Virus record (IMG/VR): IMGVR_UViG_3300009085_000025
Span: 17,232 to 81,231 of that record
DNA from: a virus
Taxonomy: Duplodnaviria > Caudoviricetes
Length of the DNA stretch: 64,000 bases
Reading direction: 5' to 3' (one strand)
The translations under genes and the position numbers were made by a program. The number at the start of each line of letters is the position of its first letter. Position 1 is the first letter of the stretch. The notes beneath the pieces were generated by a model that saw only the letters and a program-made list of their open reading frames with translations, was not told where the DNA came from and ran no database searches. Positions 9,217 to 19,045 of the stretch are shown here, piece after piece.

Positions 9217-9811
9217 TTATGACTTTTGGTATACAACATGAGCTTCATGTAAGAATCTTTGGAAATGAACAGGAAGAGATTCCCAGTTTTCTCTTTCAGA
9301 TGCCCAAGCCAACAAGCTACCGAAAATTTCTGACTTAGCAATAATTCTGGCACATGCTTGTCTTGTATTCAACTGCGATATAGTCATCAACCTTCGAATA
9401 TCTCCCCTAGCACGATAATATTCTTTTGTATCAGTATATTCTTGTTCAGCCCAACTCAAAAGAGAATATAAATACTTCAAATCAAATTCCGGCATTTCTC
9501 TGTTGAAACGAGCATGTTTCATCATAAAAAGTGGAATATCCAAATATTTTTTCTTTGGTAAAGGCATGGGATTTATGTAATCCATATTATTGTCTCCTGA
9601 TATTTTTACTGAGTTTCAAAAAAAATGTTTCCCAAAATATAATTATAATATACCAATACAAATATCTTAATATGTTCACGCGTTCATATCCTAAACAATA
9701 TGAACAACTGCTATGTTCCACTCCTCCTAGCCCTCGATAAAGAATGGCTTCGAAATGGTATCCTTCACCGTGGCATTCCGGACATCTAAAGCCTGTCATA
9801 TGAGGTGGCAT
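9217..9811 (-). other. two hypothetical CDS (9217..9585; 9587..9811 with CPEC/CSYC Zn finger and C-terminal TM)
   Basis: ORF track, RBS GGAG, DnaJ-like CxxCxGxG repeats in the second. Confidence 0.5.
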
Positions 9812-9955
9812 ATGTCAGTAATCCAGACATAAAAATAGATACAAATGCTAAAGTTGTATCTGTGATTGCGACATTGATGGCGGTAGATGCGATAGGTGTA
9901 ACAAAGCTCATTGTAATATAAAAAACCACAGACAACAAAACAAATTTTAGAATAG

Positions 9956-10456
9956 TCATTGTATTACATCCTTTTTATTTTCTATTGAGAATATTTTTTC
10001 AGCTTTACTGGCAAAAACATAATAGCTAAACAGATAATTCAATCTATTACTCCCCTTGTCTCCACCGTTCACGATTCTGTGATACAGTTTGTTTTCAATC
10101 ATCTTCAACAACACGGATTTTTTAATAAAAATATATCTTACTCCGTGTCGAGTGTGTGCCTTGACAGCATATAAATCAGCTTCGCTAGTTGATATACCGG
10201 ATGGGTTCCCCCTGTAGCTAAATTCTATTCCGATATTTCCAGTTTTCAAACATCTGAAGTCTTCTTTACATTCAATCTTCAGAGTTTTTTTATTTCCGCA
10301 TTTTACGAGGATGTCATACTTCTTTGTTCTTTCAAAGTGAGTGGTTTTCCATCCAAATTGCTCGTAAACAAATTTCGCAATCTCTTTTTCTGTGACGATT
10401 GCTACTTTTAAGTCCCTGCGAAATTCACGATAGTTATTATCTTTTACTTCATCCAT
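9956..10456 (-). CDS. PD-(D/E)xK nuclease-fold protein
   Basis: YDILV...IECKED...TGNIGIEF...SGISTSEAD pattern. Confidence 0.6.
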   Translation of the reverse strand: MDEVKDNNYREFRRDLKVAIVTEKEIAKFVYEQFGWKTTHFERTKKYDILVKCGNKKTLKIECKEDFRCLKTGNIGIEFSYRGNPSGISTSEADLYAVKAHTRHGVRYIFIKKSVLLKMIENKLYHRIVNGGDKGSNRLNYLFSYYVFASKAEKIFSIENKKDVIQ

Positions 10457-10473
10457 ATTATTATCTCCGATAA

Positions 10474-11736
10474 TTAAAATGGAAATTCGTCCAAAGATGA
10501 TTCATTTAAAAAATTGAATTTTAGCGATTGTTGAACAAGCAATTCTTCTTCTTCTTTTCCTACGACACGTATAACTCTCGCCTTAGAAAGAATAACACTA
10601 TCAGTTATCAATGATGCGTGTTGTTTGATTGCTACTGGTTCACATTCGATTAGAACTCTCTTATTTACATTGCCATAGCTATTTCGAATTGAATGAACTC
10701 CACTAATATATGAAAACCAAAGTCCAAACCTATTATCTTCTGCTATCTCTCCAATTTTATATGTAAATTTCGGAGTGTGTTGTGAGTGAAGACTTCCATC
10801 ATCTTCCATTACAACATATTTATAAACAAGGTCGGAGTTGACACTTACGTGTGTTACGTCATCGGAAAACAATTGTCTTTTGTCCGTCTGGATAACATTC
10901 CAGAAGCCATCAATTTTGGTAAACAACTTGTTTGGAACCACACTAAAAGAAAAAGCCGTTGGTTTTATTCCGGTAAGTTTTACAACCAATTCAAGATAAT
11001 CAGGAATATGAATGGCAGGAGTTGTTTTGTTGACATTTGACACATATTGAAATTCAAAATCGGTCAAGGCTTCCATCAGCGTGTCCATGGAGAAGTCTTT
11101 CTTCTTATTTTCTTCTGTGATGATATTCGCCAGAGAAGTTCCATAAAACTTTCCGAATTGTCTCTGCGCTTCTTCCCAAGAAGTAAGATTCATAGACATG
11201 AGAGAGATAATAAGTCTCATATATTGCATCTTTGAAATTGAATATCCTTCAGTTCGATATTTATCAACACGTAAAGCAGAAATAATCGGAAACATTGTTT
11301 TCGGATTATAGTTCAAAACGCGCTGTGAATTATGCTGAAAGAATTCATCATGTAAAACAAATTCATCCGTGTCGGTTAGATACGCTCCCATGACACACGT
11401 AAAATCAAATTTTTCAAATAGCTTTTCTATATCAGAGAAATAATCAATCACAATAAATTGAACCACTGTTTCGTCAGATTTTATCATGATTGATTTGTCG
11501 GTATAATCAAAAATGATGTCAGATGTTCCCTTGATAGCCATGAGTGCACAAAACAAATCTTTTGGTGTTCTAAAATATACATCCACATCCGCTTCTAGTA
11601 TTGACCTGTTGGTAAATACTCTGGATACAACACCTCCGGCAATGATTGCTCTAGATTCAATCAGGGCTTCCATCATAACATCGCTCAACATGCTTGCAAT
11701 TTTCTGTGCTTCGACAGGATATTTCTTTGTAATCAT
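10474..11736 (-). CDS. Pol-beta superfamily nucleotidyltransferase (CCA-adding/poly(A)-polymerase-like) with extra C-terminal domain
   Basis: IAGG...DVDVYF catalytic motif, FDFT, LRVDKYRTEGY; lies between the two tRNA clusters. Confidence 0.7.
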   Translation of the reverse strand: MITKKYPVEAQKIASMLSDVMMEALIESRAIIAGGVVSRVFTNRSILEADVDVYFRTPKDLFCALMAIKGTSDIIFDYTDKSIMIKSDETVVQFIVIDYFSDIEKLFEKFDFTCVMGAYLTDTDEFVLHDEFFQHNSQRVLNYNPKTMFPIISALRVDKYRTEGYSISKMQYMRLIISLMSMNLTSWEEAQRQFGKFYGTSLANIITEENKKKDFSMDTLMEALTDFEFQYVSNVNKTTPAIHIPDYLELVVKLTGIKPTAFSFSVVPNKLFTKIDGFWNVIQTDKRQLFSDDVTHVSVNSDLVYKYVVMEDDGSLHSQHTPKFTYKIGEIAEDNRFGLWFSYISGVHSIRNSYGNVNKRVLIECEPVAIKQHASLITDSVILSKARVIRVVGKEEEELLVQQSLKFNFLNESSLDEFPF

Positions 11737-11742
11737 TTTTTA

Positions 11743-12180
11743 TTATTTCCTTATTTTATTGATTAATATATGCATATGTTCTTTAAACATATTATCATAC
11801 AAATTATTTAACTCGTAATATTTTTCCCACAGTTCATTCTGTCTATCAGAATGTCTTCCGTTGTCTTCGGGGCTACCAATCTGATAAAGAATATCAATCA
11901 TTCGAGAGTTGACTTGCATTCTCTCGGTTGAAAAATCTCCCTCAAGCTCACTCCAATAATCCGGATTGTATCCACTAATAAACATAACTATCTGTCCAAA
12001 TAAAAACAGAAGAATAAATGCAATCCCAAGTCCTAAAATCATAGATAAAGCCACTTCTGAAATAACGATGATATCTTCCAACAAATAAAACTCCTTTCTT
12101 TTTATATTATAAAAGCCCACCGCAGTTGAACGAGTTCTGCAAACGATTTCGGAATTTCTCCTAAAAATAATATCGAGCAT
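11743..12180 (-). CDS. membrane protein
   Basis: one hydrophobic helix (IIVISEVALSMILGLGIAFILLFLFG). Confidence 0.5.
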   Translation of the reverse strand: MLDIIFRRNSEIVCRTRSTAVGFYNIKRKEFYLLEDIIVISEVALSMILGLGIAFILLFLFGQIVMFISGYNPDYWSELEGDFSTERMQVNSRMIDILYQIGSPEDNGRHSDRQNELWEKYYELNNLYDNMFKEHMHILINKIRK

Positions 12181-12271
12181 ATTTTACATGGGTCGATTTC
12201 TTATTCTTGTTTGATGAGCTTTCATAATACAAAAACGTGAAATAAATAATTTTACTAATTTTTATTACTTG

Positions 12272-12343
12272 TGCATCCCTTGGGGGTCGAACCCAAAACC
12301 TGCGGATTAAAAGTCCGTTGCTCTGCCATTGAGCTAGGGAAGC
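12272..12343 (-). tRNA. tRNA-Lys(UUU), no encoded CCA
   Basis: GCTTCCC/GGGATGC (U3-U70 mismatch), CGGA-CTTTTAA-TCCG, TTGGG-TTCGACC-CCCAA. Confidence 0.85.
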
Positions 12344-12346
12344 ATT

Positions 12347-12493
12347 TTCTTGACTATCTCAGGTCGCTCTGTTTGACAATTCTCGTCACCGTAGATTAGC
12401 TCTATCGGCTTGGTTCTCTTGGATACTATCCATTGTGTCCGACTTGTCATACGTCCTTAAGTCAACGAACAGCCCTCAATGAACAGTCAAGAA
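12347..12493 (-). ncRNA. rod-like ncRNA candidate filling the tRNA(CAU)/tRNA-Lys spacer
   Basis: Ends pair over 12 bp (UUCUUGACUGUU/GAUAGUCAAGAA); inner helices GCUGUU, UUGAC/GUCAA, GUCGG/CCGAU; internal bubble. Confidence 0.55.
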
Positions 12494-12494
12494 G

Positions 12495-12567
12495 TGGGCG
12501 CGACAGGATTCGAACCTGTGACCAAGGAATTATGAGTTCCCTGCACTAACCACTGTGCTACGCACCC
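12495..12567 (-). tRNA. tRNA with CAU anticodon (Ile2 or elongator Met), no encoded CCA
   Basis: GGGTGCG/CGCGCCC, GGGAA-CTCATAA-TTCCT, ACAGG-TTCGAAT-CCTGT; lacks initiator features. Confidence 0.88.
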
Positions 12568-12607
12568 AACTTGCTTCTACATATGTAGAAGTAAGTATTT
12601 ATACATA

Positions 12608-12637
12608 AGTATATCATGAAACACATGTCTGTGTCAA
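12608..12637 (-). promoter_or_regulatory. sigma70-type promoter for second tRNA cluster
   Basis: TTGACA-18 bp-TATACT with TGn. Confidence 0.75.
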
Positions 12638-12741
12638 ATTACTTTGGAAGCAAGATGAGTAATTTCAAAACACCAGACAATATTACAATCAAAACGGCGG
12701 GTACGACAAAAGATTTTATATCACTACTTGTTTTCACTTTG

Positions 12742-14050
12742 CTAATCCTTTTTTTCCGGTCTAATTCTATATTGAAAACTTCCTCTACGACCATCATTAT
12801 TTATGGAAACTAAAGCCATCAACGCAGACTTTCTCGAATCGTATGTTTTGTATTTATGCCACTTTTGCCAAGATGGAAAAGGCAAGTCTCCCATATAACG
12901 TGTTTCAATAACAATTTTTTGCTTCTTCTTTGGTGGTTTTGATTTTTCACAGGGTAAATTTGTTTCAGAAGGTTCTAGGCATTCTCTTTCACAATTTCCA
13001 CAGATATATCCTTCTAATTCATCTGTCACCCATGTCGGTATCCATATATGTTCCATGGTAGAATTATCCTTTTAACTTAGTAACAAATAAAATCCATAAA
13101 AAGACAGGGCAATACTTCCAAGTCCAAGTCCGAATAAAAGACTCGCGTCTTTGAAACCAATCACCCTGATTGCTACAAAATATCCTAACACGAGCGGGGA
13201 TGATACAAAAATTATCGCTAATATATTCATTTTATCCTTTCTATGAAATAGATGTTTTATGGTATTCCTGCAACACTCTTATCTCTATTATGTTAAATAA
13301 TACGTGTTCGTGTTTTAGTATCAGTTTTTTATATTGTTCAGTGGCATAATCTAATTCGTCGCAGGACATTATGCTATGATAATCATTACAATCATTTCGT
13401 TGAAATGCTGTCTCTGGTGAATCCCAAAACTCCACTTCATACCTTGTTCTCAATGTCTCCATTTGATAATTCCTCTCTAAATAAAAAGCTGATTTTATTC
13501 ATCTCTCGGTCTACCAAACATAACCAAAAAAATTAGACCTACAATTAAAATCGAAAATATATTTGGTATCCATGCTCCCATGCTTGTCAAAATTTCCATC
13601 CACCTTGGAAAGAAAGCGTTCAATATTTCTCGTATGGCATACGCAAATGAGCCGATAAGAATTGATATAAAAATAATGAATCCCATGTTGTATCCACTAA
13701 AACTTATCTCTATCATAAACAGCAGAAAATTCCATGCTGCCACCAGCCATATCAAAATGTCCAACGTTGGCGTACTTTTCCTCTGCCTGAAGAAGTCGAA
13801 TCAAATCGGATAAGGATTCTTGTCGAACATTGAAACATCTGACGTAATCTTTATTGCGGTATCTTCCAACAACGATAATTTGAGAACCAGTTCCCTTATA
13901 TCCAATATCGGCATGAACCGTTGTTTTCTCATTCAATTTCTTATGAAGTTCAGCGACATATAGATACATGTCTCTATATTGTTTCTCGTGTTTTGTTGGC
14001 ATATTCCAAACTTGCTTTAGTTGTTCGAATAATTGTCTTATTGTTCTCAC
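12742..14050 (-). other. small hypothetical CDS (12742..13056, 13241..13462, 13495..13764 membrane, 13697..14050)
   Basis: co-oriented, RBS-preceded ORFs. Confidence 0.55.
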
Positions 14051-14073
14051 TATTGCTTCCTTTTTTTATCTAA

Positions 14074-14610
14074 TCATGCATCAATCGTGGTAAAAATTCC
14101 TTGTTGTTCACAATAAAGTTTACCTACTTTTTCATTATCAGAAGATAGAACGATATATATATCGGATTCAGCAACATCTATCTTGCAATAAGATTGTTGA
14201 GTGCCAAACACATATGTCTCATTTAAAAAAGTGGTAAAGCTAACACCATTTTTTACTTTTGACCTATCAGATAATCTCAACCATTCAATGCATGACGCAA
14301 AAGATTTTTCTCCAACAAATGTCATGTTGATATCTGCGGAAACATTTTCACCATAAATTCGAGTAGTGACTGTACAATTAGATTCCTCGGAGTGGGGGAC
14401 TGGTGTTTCCGTGGGGGCAATCTCTGTCATTTTTTGATAAAAATCACGTTTGGCATTCTCAACAATTTGTGTGCTGGTTAATTCAATCGCCGTTCTCTTT
14501 TGTTGATTTTCAAGTGTAGAAACTCCCGTTGAATATAACACTATCATGAATATTCCAAAAACTATCATAAGAAAAGACGCTATATAAAAATATATTTCTC
14601 TAATTCTCAT
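14074..14610 (-). CDS. membrane-anchored protein with T/P-rich linker
   Basis: N-terminal TM, then TAIELTSTQIV...MTEIAPTETPVP. Confidence 0.6.
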   Translation of the reverse strand: MRIREIYFYIASFLMIVFGIFMIVLYSTGVSTLENQQKRTAIELTSTQIVENAKRDFYQKMTEIAPTETPVPHSEESNCTVTTRIYGENVSADINMTFVGEKSFASCIEWLRLSDRSKVKNGVSFTTFLNETYVFGTQQSYCKIDVAESDIYIVLSSDNEKVGKLYCEQQGIFTTIDA

Positions 14611-14792
14611 TGTTATCTACCTTCCATTGTTTGATGCTTGCTCTAATCATTCTTAAAAGAAGTGGTTCTTTATCCGATAATATTTCTTGAATTTCTTCTT
14701 CGGAAAATTTTATGCCGCCAGTTATCTCGTCCTGCCAACACAAATCCCTAATCAATTTTTCGGTTGTGTTCATTTTTCCATCCTACGATTAT

Positions 14793-15873
14793 TTAACTCT
14801 CGTGTTTCTCTTTTATCTTTTTCCGAAGAGATAAAAGATTCTTTTCAAATAGTTTATGTTCACTCCAACACAGCTTGTTCAATTCATCAATTTCTTTTGT
14901 AATATCTTCATCACAAAAGAACATCACGTTTTTCTTTGACACTTTCTCATCATAAGAAAAACCTCCGGTCTTTTTTGTGTAAAACACAAAGCTACTTGTT
15001 GTTCGAGAAACCAGAACACATTTTCCAAAGGCGTAGAACGTTATGTTTGGTTTTAAAACTGCGTATTTTGTTTTCATTTATTCCTTTTCAATATAGCTTG
15101 ACATCATTGATTATATGGAGATATTCCATAGTTCATATAGTGCATCTGTCAACATTTTTAATGCTTCTTTTTCGCATTCTTCCATACATTCTTTTTTATC
15201 GTCGTATACGTGCAAGCTCATCTTTGTTTCTCTTGCTCGAATTGTCCAAAACCAACCGATGCCCTTGTTGCAAATATGCATCGATAATGCTGGAGAATAT
15301 TGTTTTACCCAATGGTATTCTCCGGTACAGTGAAACATTTCATTCGTATCTTTTTTCCAATCGCTATTTGAACCCATAATTTCCTCCTGTTTTTCAAAGC
15401 AATATTAATAACAACAACAATAACCACCAATTGCTAATGTCTTCGTGGATATTGGGAAAGTTGAACTTCGTCAACACGTTATTTATTCTTTTGATGATGT
15501 TTGATTTCATCGTTTATCCTTTTGGTAGATATGGAAATTCTTTTTTCCATCCACAGAGTTTACAAAAATGCCATCTGGTTCCATGCCCATACAATATTAT
15601 CGTAATATTTTTACAATTTCCACATTCCATAGATTTTCCCCCTTCCTATTCTTTTGTTAAAATATCAAAAATTTCACTCAAATCAGAAGTTGTAATATCT
15701 ACAACATCTCCATTCTTTATAATAATATAATCCTTTATACTTCTTCCCCACATAAAGATACATACATCCTGAGCAATTTCAAAATCAAATACAACTCCGG
15801 CTGGCAAATCTACTGCCACACGTTTAATTCTAATTACTCTAAACATATTTTTCATCCTTTTATAAACCAACAT
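14793..15873 (-). other. small hypothetical CDS (14793..15077, 15111..15377, 15646..15873)
   Basis: ORF track, operon packing. Confidence 0.5.
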
Positions 15874-16364
15874 TGACTCGGAAAAATTATATATCGGTCA
15901 TCTTTCTTGTATCCTTGAAGCTTACACTGAGAACGGTTTATTCTTTTCATTCCACTACTATCAGTAAGAAACATTGCCCTATCCGAAATTCTGTGGACAA
16001 CTGTATAATGATTCTCTCTTCCGCCGATTGATAAGATGATTGCCGTGTTTTGTACTTTTAAAAATTCCCGAGAAAACTTCCAAAAATCATCAATGGTATA
16101 TGATGCCCACTTGAATATGGAAAATCTATCAATAAATTCCTCTCTTACAACATTGTTGATAACATCAGACATATTCTTGTGAAGCATACCCCCAAGTAAA
16201 ACGCTCTTGAGAATTTTCTTCTTGGATAAGTGTACAATAATTTTATCAAATAAATCATCCACATATTCATCAGATGCATTTTTTACTATTCTATAACTAT
16301 TACAAATAGAATATATTCCGCACAGAGAATCGAGCCCCCCTTGTAGTATAGGTAGTTTTTTCAT
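15852..16364 (-). CDS. C39-like cysteine peptidase
   Basis: QGGLDSLCGIYSICN (Gln, Cys), NHYTVV (His), TDS (Asp). Confidence 0.6.
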   Translation of the reverse strand: MKKLPILQGGLDSLCGIYSICNSYRIVKNASDEYVDDLFDKIIVHLSKKKILKSVLLGGMLHKNMSDVINNVVREEFIDRFSIFKWASYTIDDFWKFSREFLKVQNTAIILSIGGRENHYTVVHRISDRAMFLTDSSGMKRINRSQCKLQGYKKDDRYIIFPSQCWFIKG

Positions 16365-16864
16365 CAGTCTTCTATCCTATAATCAATCGATTTTATAAAG
16401 GCTTCAACAGCAAAAAACAATTCATCGTACCAGTGTGATGCATCTTTATCTAATGCTTTTCTTACACTTGGTTCCAAATCCTTTCCTGATTCTGCGTGAT
16501 ATCTCAAATCTGAGATATGTGAAAGAATTTCCTTTGTATTGGAAAGAACATTTTCACTACGGCGAATTTCCCTGAGAAGTTTTTCTATTTGTCTGGTTTC
16601 CATATTTTATCCTGTAACATTCGGAACAATAATCATCGTGTTGTTTTTATTGAAATAAACTCGATTGATAGAGATATGTGGAAATTCGTTTGGCGATTGT
16701 TGATATATGGAAACTATGAAAGCGATAATTTCTTTATTATCAAAAAAAATGTCGTCATTAGAATTTCCGTTGTACGGAAGAGATATCTGCCTCATTTTTT
16801 TCAGGTCATTTTTTGTATAAAATAACCCCTTTGAATTTCTTACAATATTTATTCCAGTGTCCAT
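16364..16864 (-). other. two hypothetical CDS (16364..16603, 16607..16864)
   Basis: ORF track. Confidence 0.5.
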
Positions 16865-16882
16865 TTGTTGTTGTCTCCGATG

Positions 16883-17938
16883 TTACTTGTCATTGGAAAA
16901 ATCATTCAACACAGCCATAGCGTAGTTCATTTGAGTTGAGCGATTTCCAAACATGATTGAGTTGCTGGTATCCTTTTTCGATTCGCGCAAATGATTTTCG
17001 TAGAAGGACACATTGTTGAATAAATCCCAAGCTGTTGCTCCACTTGTGGTTTTATCTCCACCGCCGAACAAATATTCAATCTGGCGCTGGTCTTCGATTG
17101 CTTTTTCAAATTTCTTGGAAAGTTCTTCTTCTTTCTTTGCGCGAAGTTCAGCAGGATACGAACCAAGTTCTGCCGGAGTAGGATAAATTTGCTCAATCAA
17201 ACTGCGTAAAACCTTGGCGCTATCAACCGGAGTTGCCTGTAATTTATTGAACAAATTTTCCGCCAGCCCCATTTGCGCTTCGCTTTCATTTTGAACATGA
17301 CCCATCCAAGCGGATAAATCACGAAGAATATTTGGGGAATTATGACGACCAACCCAAACAGAAGATTCACCGAGATTATTTTTCTTTCCGCGTTTATTTG
17401 CACGATTGAAATTATTCGCCATGTTGAATGTGTTTTCACAAACAACGCGCCACGAAAGAAGAGATAGACTAATTGCCACTTTTGCATCAAATCCAGCTAA
17501 AACCGTTCCAAATAATTTTACCTCGTCTTTTCCGCCGACCATAATGGACTTTGGCATTTCCCAAGTCAGGAACATTCTTTCTCCCTTGCCAAGAAATCCA
17601 ATTGTTTCGATTGGCTTTCCAACTTTTTCATCGAATGCTTTTCCAATATCTTCAGCTTGCACAACATGATATCCTTTTGTGCAATATCCAATTACTCTGG
17701 TGTAATTGTCGTCTTTTACTGGAAGACGAATGATTGCAAAATCTCCGGTTTGTTCATATTCATTTTCTTCTGACAAAAAGAAAGTGGGTTCCTTTTTGAA
17801 AACAGGAATTCCGTCTGAAAAACTTTCCATTGCTAAAATTGCAGATTTTTCCCCGCTAAAACCACCGAGCTTATGCCATGCCTGACCGTTCTTATCTTCA
17901 CGAATAGCTAAACGATTTCCGAAGTTATTGACCGTCAT
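16883..17938 (-). CDS. DUF932 family phage/plasmid-like protein
   Basis: AWHKLG, GKGERMFL, RVVCENT, TAWDLFNNVSFY motifs. Confidence 0.75.
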   Translation of the reverse strand: MTVNNFGNRLAIREDKNGQAWHKLGGFSGEKSAILAMESFSDGIPVFKKEPTFFLSEENEYEQTGDFAIIRLPVKDDNYTRVIGYCTKGYHVVQAEDIGKAFDEKVGKPIETIGFLGKGERMFLTWEMPKSIMVGGKDEVKLFGTVLAGFDAKVAISLSLLSWRVVCENTFNMANNFNRANKRGKKNNLGESSVWVGRHNSPNILRDLSAWMGHVQNESEAQMGLAENLFNKLQATPVDSAKVLRSLIEQIYPTPAELGSYPAELRAKKEEELSKKFEKAIEDQRQIEYLFGGGDKTTSGATAWDLFNNVSFYENHLRESKKDTSNSIMFGNRSTQMNYAMAVLNDFSNDK

Positions 17939-17988
17939 GTGTTTTCTCCTGTGTGAGTATCAAATATTCATCTCATAAACAATAACTA

Positions 17989-18018
17989 ATTATACCATAA
18001 GATATAATCATTTGTCAA
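17989..18018 (-). promoter_or_regulatory. sigma70-type promoter, near-copy of the 9176 promoter
   Basis: TTGACA-18 bp-TATAAT; flanks ATAACTAATTATACCATA and TGTCAAGTAGCAATATT identical to the 9176 copy. Confidence 0.8.
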
Positions 18019-18112
18019 GTAGCAATATTCAAACTGGATGCGCGTAATAGCTGATGTGTTCCATGGATACTCACCAGCGACCACAGTAAGGCTGGATATA
18101 GCCCTTAAAGCA

Positions 18113-18142
18113 CGACAGGCGACCAATATTGGTCGCCTGTCG
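18113..18142. terminator. 30-bp perfect palindrome
   Basis: CGACAGGCGACCAAT/ATTGGTCGCCTGTCG. Confidence 0.6.
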
Positions 18143-18151
18143 GTGGAGTGT

Positions 18152-18331
18152 CTATTGGTCTTCGTATTCGATTTCCACGTCTTCGTTGTCTTCATCATCC
18201 TCAATGGTGCTTGGCAACACAAGGTCGATAATCTCCAAGCAGTATGGACATCTGTATACAGACGTGTGCTTTAGATGTTTCTTACAATTCGGACAAGTGA
18301 GGTGTTTTTTGTTCTTTTTGTTGGGCTTCAT
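18152..18331 (-). CDS. 59-aa zinc-ribbon protein with acidic tail
   Basis: Hand translation MKPNKKNKKHLTCPNCKKHLKHTSVYRCPYCLEIIDLVLPSTIEDDEDNEDVEIEYEDQ. Confidence 0.55.
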   Translation of the reverse strand: MKPNKKNKKHLTCPNCKKHLKHTSVYRCPYCLEIIDLVLPSTIEDDEDNEDVEIEYEDQ

Positions 18332-18346
18332 TTGAATATCCTCTGA

Positions 18347-18915
18347 TTATTTTTCCTGAATATAAACGTCATATCCTTTGCAACTATGACACGACAATAC
18401 ATCTACATCGTAATCATTTTCAAACTCCAAAACTATTGCGTTTTTTTCATCTTTAGATAGTGTAAAATCAGCCCATAAGATTTTCTTATTCTCATCCTTG
18501 CTTCTTTGAATTTCTCTTTTTATCTTTTCAATGTATTCTTTTTTATTGTTCATTTTTGCACGTGTTTGACACGGGAAAGAGAGCGTGAAAATCTATCGTA
18601 TGACCCGTGATATCTTTTTGCAATAGCCATGGCAACAGCTTTTTCCTCGTCATAAATTTCATTTTTTCCAATGACAACTTTAGTCTGAGTTCCATCTTTC
18701 CAGAAAACAACCGTAGCTCGATTGTTATAAACAATAATTTTTTTTATTTTTGGCATTTCAACTACGCCATCCGATTCGGGTTTGCTAAAACTCCATTTTA
18801 TAGAGTTGCTTGGCACACAATAATATGAAATGTTTGGCGGTGGAACCGCTTTTGTAGTAAAATCGGAAATATAATTTCCGGCTACATAAATCTTGGTATT
18901 CTTATCGAACTCCAT
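18347..18915 (-). other. two hypothetical CDS (18347..18553 with CHSC; 18550..18915 paralog of 671..895)
   Basis: ORF track, motifs noted. Confidence 0.55.
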
Positions 18916-19045
18916 GGTTTCTCCTGTTTCAAAAAAATAATTTTCTTTCTCAAATCTAAGTAAATTATATCATCTTTCAAAAAAGATGTCAAATTAAACA
19001 AAAAATGCCAACAGTTGAAACCGTTGGCATTTTTGTTGGCATTAT

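Noticed and set aside
12495-12567. Initiator tRNA-fMet
   Set aside because: Has a G1-C72 pair and lacks the three consecutive G-C pairs in the anticodon stem.
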